Position numbers and translations under genes: made by a program. Shown piece by piece: positions 36,750-40,444 of a stretch of 40,444 nt of DNA (its first letter is position 1; each line of letters starts with the position of its first letter). The notes below the pieces were generated by a model. It saw only the letters and a list, made by a program, of their open reading frames with translations, ran no database searches and was not told where the DNA came from. This stretch comes from an uncultured Candidatus Saccharibacteria bacterium (GTDB taxonomy: Bacteria; Patescibacteriota; Minisyncoccia; Portnoybacterales; GWB1-42-6), in NCBI GenBank assembly GCA_964388895.1, contig CAYMCB010000001.1, positions 1 to 40,444 of the forward strand, given 5' to 3'.

Positions 36750-38301
36750 TTCTTTCTCTAAAAACTTGGGCAGTAAAAATATAAAGATCTGTCTTAGGAT
36801 CCTGCCAGCAATTCCAAGACAAGCCTGCTTTCTGCGAACAAAGCTGACCCAAAAAAGTTTCTAAGTCCCAACCGGTTTCTGAGGCTACCTGTGGCAAAAA
36901 AACTCCGCTATGGTAACCTTGTTTTATTTTTACCCCATGAATCCCCAGCTTTATCTGCTGATAATCATCAATTTTTTTTAAAGGACCTAAAACAGAAATT
37001 TCATATTCTAAATCATTTAATTCTTCCTCTTTTACCGGTAAAAAACGAGGATCTTCGACAGCAGCAGCAATAGCCATTTTTTGTGTATTTTCCCAAAGCG
37101 GACAATCTACATCTCCGGTAAAATTACCAATACAGCCGCGCAGCTGATCATCTTTTTTTAAAGTAACAAAAACGCCGAGTTTTTGATTTAGCGCTTCGTC
37201 TTTTTCATCCAAAATTGGCAATCTTCCTGTTTTTATATAAGATTCTACGCTTTGACGGGCAATCTCTAAAAGTCTTTTCTGCTGAGAAACATTCAATTCT
37301 CCGTTAACCTCCTCCTGCCCATAAAAGCCAACTACGCCATAACCAACCACTGCCGAACGATCACCGACAGGGGTATCACCCGAATTAGAATATTTTAACA
37401 GCTTTATATTCACTGAAGCCTCTCCTTTAGCTACCTGCATCAAAGTCTCAACCGCTGACTGAGCGCATAAAAATGTCTGGGCATTATAAATTCTCTCCTC
37501 AACTAATTGATTTATAATTTTTTTTAAATTTTCAACCTTGCCCGTTAAAATTGCTTCCAGAACCTTCTGATCGGCATAATTAGCTGCTTCATAAGATGGA
37601 TAATGAGACATATCTGAACTAGCTACAATTAAAATTTTTTTACCTTTTATATTTCGACTAATAGCCTTGGCTAAAATTTCCGGCATTTGATCATTTTTGT
37701 TACCCAAAAGGATAGGGACAATTTTAAAATTTTTCAAAACTCGTTGGAGGAAAGGCACTTGCACCTCTAAAGAGTGCTCAAAACGATGAGGTTCAATATC
37801 TGCTTTTATTAACTTGTCTTCTTTAATTATTCTTTCGGCCAAATCTTTATCTATTTCTACCTCACCCAAAGGCGTCTGCCAAAAATCAGAAGTCTCTACC
37901 GCTGCTCCATCAAAATATTGCCGGTGAGAATTACCAATTAAAATCACTGTCTCAAAATCTGAATTTAACAATTGCTTATATCCCCAAGCAGCTACCTGGC
38001 CAGAATATTCATAACCAGCATGAGGGACTATTAAACATAGAAGCTGGCCTTCGTTCTTGAGCAAATCTGCCTGATTTAAAAAATCATCAATTTTTTCACC
38101 TAATTCTTTCTCGTCTGCCGGATAAAATTGTCCAGCCACTGCCGGCTGACGAATTTGTTTTAACTTTGATGTTGACTGAGACATAAGTATATTTTTCTCT
38201 CCCTTATTATTATGCGCCAAAAAATAACCGCCGCCAACTAAAATTGCGCCTATGAGAATAAAAATAATAATATCTATTTTAAAATTTTGGCTATTCTCCA
38301 A
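36742..38301 (-). CDS. Fusion protein: N-terminal TM anchor + Memo-like AmmeMemoRadiSam protein B (AmrB) + AMMECR1 domain (AmrA)
   Basis: TM segment IDIIIFILIGAILVGGGYFLA. Memo motifs RQPAVAGQFYP, VPHAGYEYSGQVAAWGY, SSDMSHY. AMMECR1 motifs LGVFVTLKKDDQLRGCIGNF, GVFLPQVASETGWDLETFLGQLCSQKAGL. Confidence 0.85.
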   Translation of the reverse strand: MENSQNFKIDIIIFILIGAILVGGGYFLAHNNKGEKNILMSQSTSKLKQIRQPAVAGQFYPADEKELGEKIDDFLNQADLLKNEGQLLCLIVPHAGYEYSGQVAAWGYKQLLNSDFETVILIGNSHRQYFDGAAVETSDFWQTPLGEVEIDKDLAERIIKEDKLIKADIEPHRFEHSLEVQVPFLQRVLKNFKIVPILLGNKNDQMPEILAKAISRNIKGKKILIVASSDMSHYPSYEAANYADQKVLEAILTGKVENLKKIINQLVEERIYNAQTFLCAQSAVETLMQVAKGEASVNIKLLKYSNSGDTPVGDRSAVVGYGVVGFYGQEEVNGELNVSQQKRLLEIARQSVESYIKTGRLPILDEKDEALNQKLGVFVTLKKDDQLRGCIGNFTGDVDCPLWENTQKMAIAAAVEDPRFLPVKEEELNDLEYEISVLGPLKKIDDYQQIKLGIHGVKIKQGYHSGVFLPQVASETGWDLETFLGQLCSQKAGLSWNCWQDPKTDLYIFTAQVFRERNE

Positions 38302-38331
38302 TTTTATTAATTTTAATTCAAAAAATAAATA

Positions 38332-39294
38332 TTATGATATGGCTTCAAAAAGAGGGTTTGTTTTGGGCCTTTTAAAAGAAGGTGTGTATTTTAAAATTAA
38401 ATTTTGAGCTTCTTGTATAATTTTTTTGGAAATTTTTTCGCCCCGGATTAAAACTTCAGGCCCCGCAAAATTAACTGGTAAAACCAAAATATCTCCTACC
38501 TTTTTCTGATTTTTCAAAAAATTATTCTCTTCCTGGCTACGACCCAAAATAAACCAATAATCAACATTTTCTCCATTTTCATTTTTCCCCCGATAAAAGA
38601 AATGACGCCCTACATTAACTAGTTTTGCATCCTCTAAATTAAAATTCGGTCTATTTTCTATTAATGTCCTTAGCCGCTTAGCAAAACCAGATTGGGTCAA
38701 AGCACAACCGCCAGCTGGCGAAGGATAATTCATAATTCTAAATTTTTTAGCTAACTCTATCTGCCGCTGCCTTTGTCGGCCAAAGATATCTAATAATTTT
38801 TCTTTGTCTATCAATCCTGCTTTTTCAGCTAAAGTTGGCTCAAAAAACTTAGCAGAAAGAGGTCTGATTAAATAGCCTTTAAGATTTGCTTCTTCTTCGA
38901 TAATTTTCAAAGCTTTTTTATTCTGACTCATCGGTCGCTCATTTAAAACTTCGCCTGTTGCTACTAAATCAAAATTTTCCTGTTGTCTAATTTGACCAGC
39001 TTTTTTCAACATTAAAATATGGCAATCAATACAAGGATTAACTCCAGCACCAAAACCATATTTAGGATTTTTTAAAATTTTTAAAAAATCTTCACTTATA
39101 TCAACCTCTCTCAAAGGAAACCTTAAAAGCTTTGCTGATTTACGCGCTTCTTTTGAATCAAAAAAGATGGTGTAAAAATTTATAAGCTCTACCTCCACTC
39201 CCTGCTCTTTCAATAATAAAGTCGCTAAAATTGAATCTAGCCCACCGGAAAATAAAACCAAAGCTCTAACTTTTTTCCTCTTTTTATTATTCAT
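38332..39294 (-). CDS. PP-loop ATP pyrophosphatase family protein, MnmA/ThiI-like (putative tRNA thiolation enzyme; exact function unknown)
   Basis: PP-loop ALVLFSGGLDS, NPCIDCH (MnmA-like NPCxxC), DLVATGEVLNERPMSQ, and a second conserved Cys in SPAGGCALT. Confidence 0.65.
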   Translation of the reverse strand: MNNKKRKKVRALVLFSGGLDSILATLLLKEQGVEVELINFYTIFFDSKEARKSAKLLRFPLREVDISEDFLKILKNPKYGFGAGVNPCIDCHILMLKKAGQIRQQENFDLVATGEVLNERPMSQNKKALKIIEEEANLKGYLIRPLSAKFFEPTLAEKAGLIDKEKLLDIFGRQRQRQIELAKKFRIMNYPSPAGGCALTQSGFAKRLRTLIENRPNFNLEDAKLVNVGRHFFYRGKNENGENVDYWFILGRSQEENNFLKNQKKVGDILVLPVNFAGPEVLIRGEKISKKIIQEAQNLILKYTPSFKRPKTNPLFEAIS

Positions 39295-39355
39295 GGTTTT
39301 ACTAAATATTATAATATTATTTTAAAAGAATCGATAATTCTTTGCTAAAAATAAT

Positions 39356-39385
39356 AAAAATCGGGAATTTTATTCCCGATTTTTT
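39356..39385 (-). terminator. Intrinsic terminator overlapping the stop of the 72-aa gene
   Basis: tcgggaat (39361..39368) is the reverse complement of attcccga (39372..39379), flanked by aaaaa and ttttt runs. Confidence 0.55.
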
Positions 39386-39588
39386 GCCTTCTGTTTTTCT
39401 AACTGTTTTTTTAAAAATTCTTTTATTTGCTGATTTCTCCGTGGCAAATACACTTTCTCTTTATCCGGTATTTTGTAAGTCTTCCCGCAAGTTTGGCAGA
39501 TTATAGCTATTTTAGATTCCTGTGCCAAAATCTTAACATCTTCAATAATATGTTCTTTGCCTCCTTTAGGGCAACTCCAATCTTCCAT
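39370..39588 (-). CDS. Small hypothetical protein (72 aa), possible Cys/His metal-binding knuckle plus a Lys-rich helical tail
   Basis: Strong SD (AAGGAGG) 6 nt upstream of the ATG. CPKGGKEH ... CQTCG. No family recognised. Confidence 0.55.
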   Translation of the reverse strand: MEDWSCPKGGKEHIIEDVKILAQESKIAIICQTCGKTYKIPDKEKVYLPRRNQQIKEFLKKQLEKQKAKNRE

Positions 39589-39672
39589 TTTAACCTCCTT
39601 TATTTTTATTTTTTAAATTACTACTATAACTTAATAAAGCTATTATAAAAAATTTTAAATAAAAGTCAATAA

Positions 39673-39700
39673 AAAATCCCCTCTTGAAAGAGGGGATTTT
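39673..39700. terminator. Intrinsic terminator (aaaatcccctct-tgaa-agaggggatttt) after the 65-aa zinc-ribbon gene
   Basis: Perfect 12-bp stem at 39673..39684 / 39689..39700 with a 4-nt loop and T/A runs on both sides. Confidence 0.8.
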
Positions 39701-39718
39701 TCAAACTATTAAACAGAG

Positions 39719-39916
39719 TTATCTGTTAAATCTGCCATGATGCTGTTTGCGATAGCAGTCCCGGCAGAAAATTGGACGGTCACCTGAAGGCTGAAAAGGG
39801 AGTTCGGTTATTGAAGCTCCGCATTCAGAACACTTCCAGTCTCCCTGAAAGGTCTGTCTTGGCCTATTATTATGCGAAAACCGCTGGCCGCCACCAAAAT
39901 TTCTTTGGAAAACCAT
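39719..39916 (-). CDS. Small RGG-like/zinc-ribbon protein (CxxC...CxxC), probable nucleic-acid-binding protein
   Basis: 65 aa. Gly/Arg/Asn-rich N-terminus (FQRNFGGGQRFSHNNRPRQ), then WKCSECGASITELPFQPSGDRPIFCRDCY. I recall this module as standalone proteins and as tails of RNA helicases; this is memory, not a search. Confidence 0.65.
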   Translation of the reverse strand: MVFQRNFGGGQRFSHNNRPRQTFQGDWKCSECGASITELPFQPSGDRPIFCRDCYRKQHHGRFNR

Positions 39917-40260
39917 AATTTATTTAACTAAGTTATTACTCAACTTTGGCTTTCGCAAAAGCGACCCGCGGTTGAAAACGCTAACTTGTTAAATCGATTA
40001 ACTAATTACTCTTCCAGTTTAATTTTTTTTGCCTTTTTAGTCAAGCAAATACCGCATTCTGAAAAATTTTAGAAATTCTTTAAAAGTATCAATATCTTTT
40101 TAAATATCCGACAAAAAACTTACTCCCCCGATTTGCTAATTTAGGCATTAGTCATTTCATCAGATAATCTTCTCCAAGATCTTAAATTAGTTATTTAATG
40201 GTTTTAAGAGAATTGAAAATATTATTAATTTTATTTCCAAAATATTCTTAGTTCTATAGC

Positions 40261-40284
40261 AAAATTTAGCTAAAAATTTAGCTA
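40261..40284. repeat. Perfect 12-bp tandem duplication (aaaatttagcta x2) overlapping the stop codon of the last partial gene
   Basis: Hand-checked: 40261..40272 is identical to 40273..40284. Confidence 0.8.
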
Positions 40285-40444
40285 AAATAAAGTTTTTTGT
40301 TTACTAAATTCTTCTTGCTCTCCATCGCCAAAAATTTTAATTTTACCGTATTCTCCATCATAACCCGGTTCAATTTTTACTTTGCCTTGCCGCATTCTTA
40401 AAATTCCTTCAGCAACTACAGGCTTTGCGCCGGCTCGTAATTCA
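40282..40444 (-). CDS. 3' end of a gene continuing beyond the window; the C-terminal peptide resembles endonuclease Q / PHP-associated family tails (low confidence)
   Basis: Open minus-strand frame to the window edge: ELRAGAKPVVAEGILRMRQGKVKIEPGYDGEYGKIKIFGDGEQEEFSKQKTLF*. I associate the PGYDGxYGKI motif with EndoQ-family C-termini from memory only. Confidence 0.4.
   Translation of the reverse strand, partial: ELRAGAKPVVAEGILRMRQGKVKIEPGYDGEYGKIKIFGDGEQEEFSKQKTLF

Noticed and set aside
1076-39648. Remaining short listed ORFs nested in or antisense to long conserved genes (1076..1342, 1942..2178, 2016..2243, 3345..3599, 8430..8636, 10105..10305, 10712..10918, 12915..13109, 17323..17505, 18058..18264, 19975..20160, 26975..27184, 28053..28244, 35395..35601, 36891..37073, 39427..39648)
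   Set aside because: Each overlaps a gene with strong family motifs in another frame or strand. None shows motifs, an SD or independent signals. They are typical shadow ORFs in AT-rich DNA.
1-40444. Alternative genetic code (UGA recoding as in some candidate phyla), CRISPR arrays, IS elements, integrases, prophage or defence genes
   Set aside because: All long conserved genes are intact under the standard code, and topA terminates at TGA at the expected C-terminus. No repeat-spacer periodicity, terminal inverted repeats, transposase/integrase motifs or recognisable defence domains were seen. The single in-frame TAA in hsp20 is isolated.

Overview
This is an AT-rich, very tightly packed bacterial chromosome segment. 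It reads cleanly with the standard genetic code: the long conserved ORFs are intact and topA ends in TGA. Content is almost entirely core housekeeping.

Gene content, in order:
- dprA-topA-rel, then parB-parA.
- tRNA-Leu(CAA).
- An hsp20 / htrA / ECF-sigma stress trio.
- tsaC and yvcK.
- Eight aminoacyl-tRNA synthetase genes within about 18 kb: valS, trpS, pheT, pheS, aspS, proS, ileS, argS.
- plsC, recO and a TMTC-like TPR membrane glycosyltransferase.
- smpB-ssrA(tmRNA)-infC-rpmI-rplT.
- A long minus-strand operon: PP-loop ATPase, AmrB-AmrA fusion, papain-like hypothetical, PolX, Nudix, MGMT, PurF-like.

Likely origin (inference only): a small-genome Patescibacteria/CPR-like organism. Supporting traits are an archaeal-type AspRS, a type-2 IleRS, domain-trimmed PheT/ValRS/RecO/ProRS, PolX, AmmeMemoRadiSam genes and many genes without a Shine-Dalgarno sequence.

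I found no CRISPR array, transposase, integrase, rRNA or obvious defence island.

Observations most worth a second look:
1. A G+C-enriched, ORF-free, hairpin-dense region of about 0.6 kb fused to the 3' end of tRNA-Leu (6858..7448). I could not assign it to any RNA family I know.
2. hsp20 is interrupted by a single in-frame TAA, with a perfectly conserved continuation.
3. A membrane-anchored Memo(AmrB)-AMMECR1(AmrA) fusion overlaps (8 nt, suggesting translational coupling) a small papain-fold protein, while the radical-SAM partner AmrS lies 8.4 kb away.
4. A PurF homologue has substitutions at all the glutaminase catalytic positions I could align, but an intact PRPP-binding domain.

All calls come from reading translated motifs and hand-checked base pairing. 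No database search was run.
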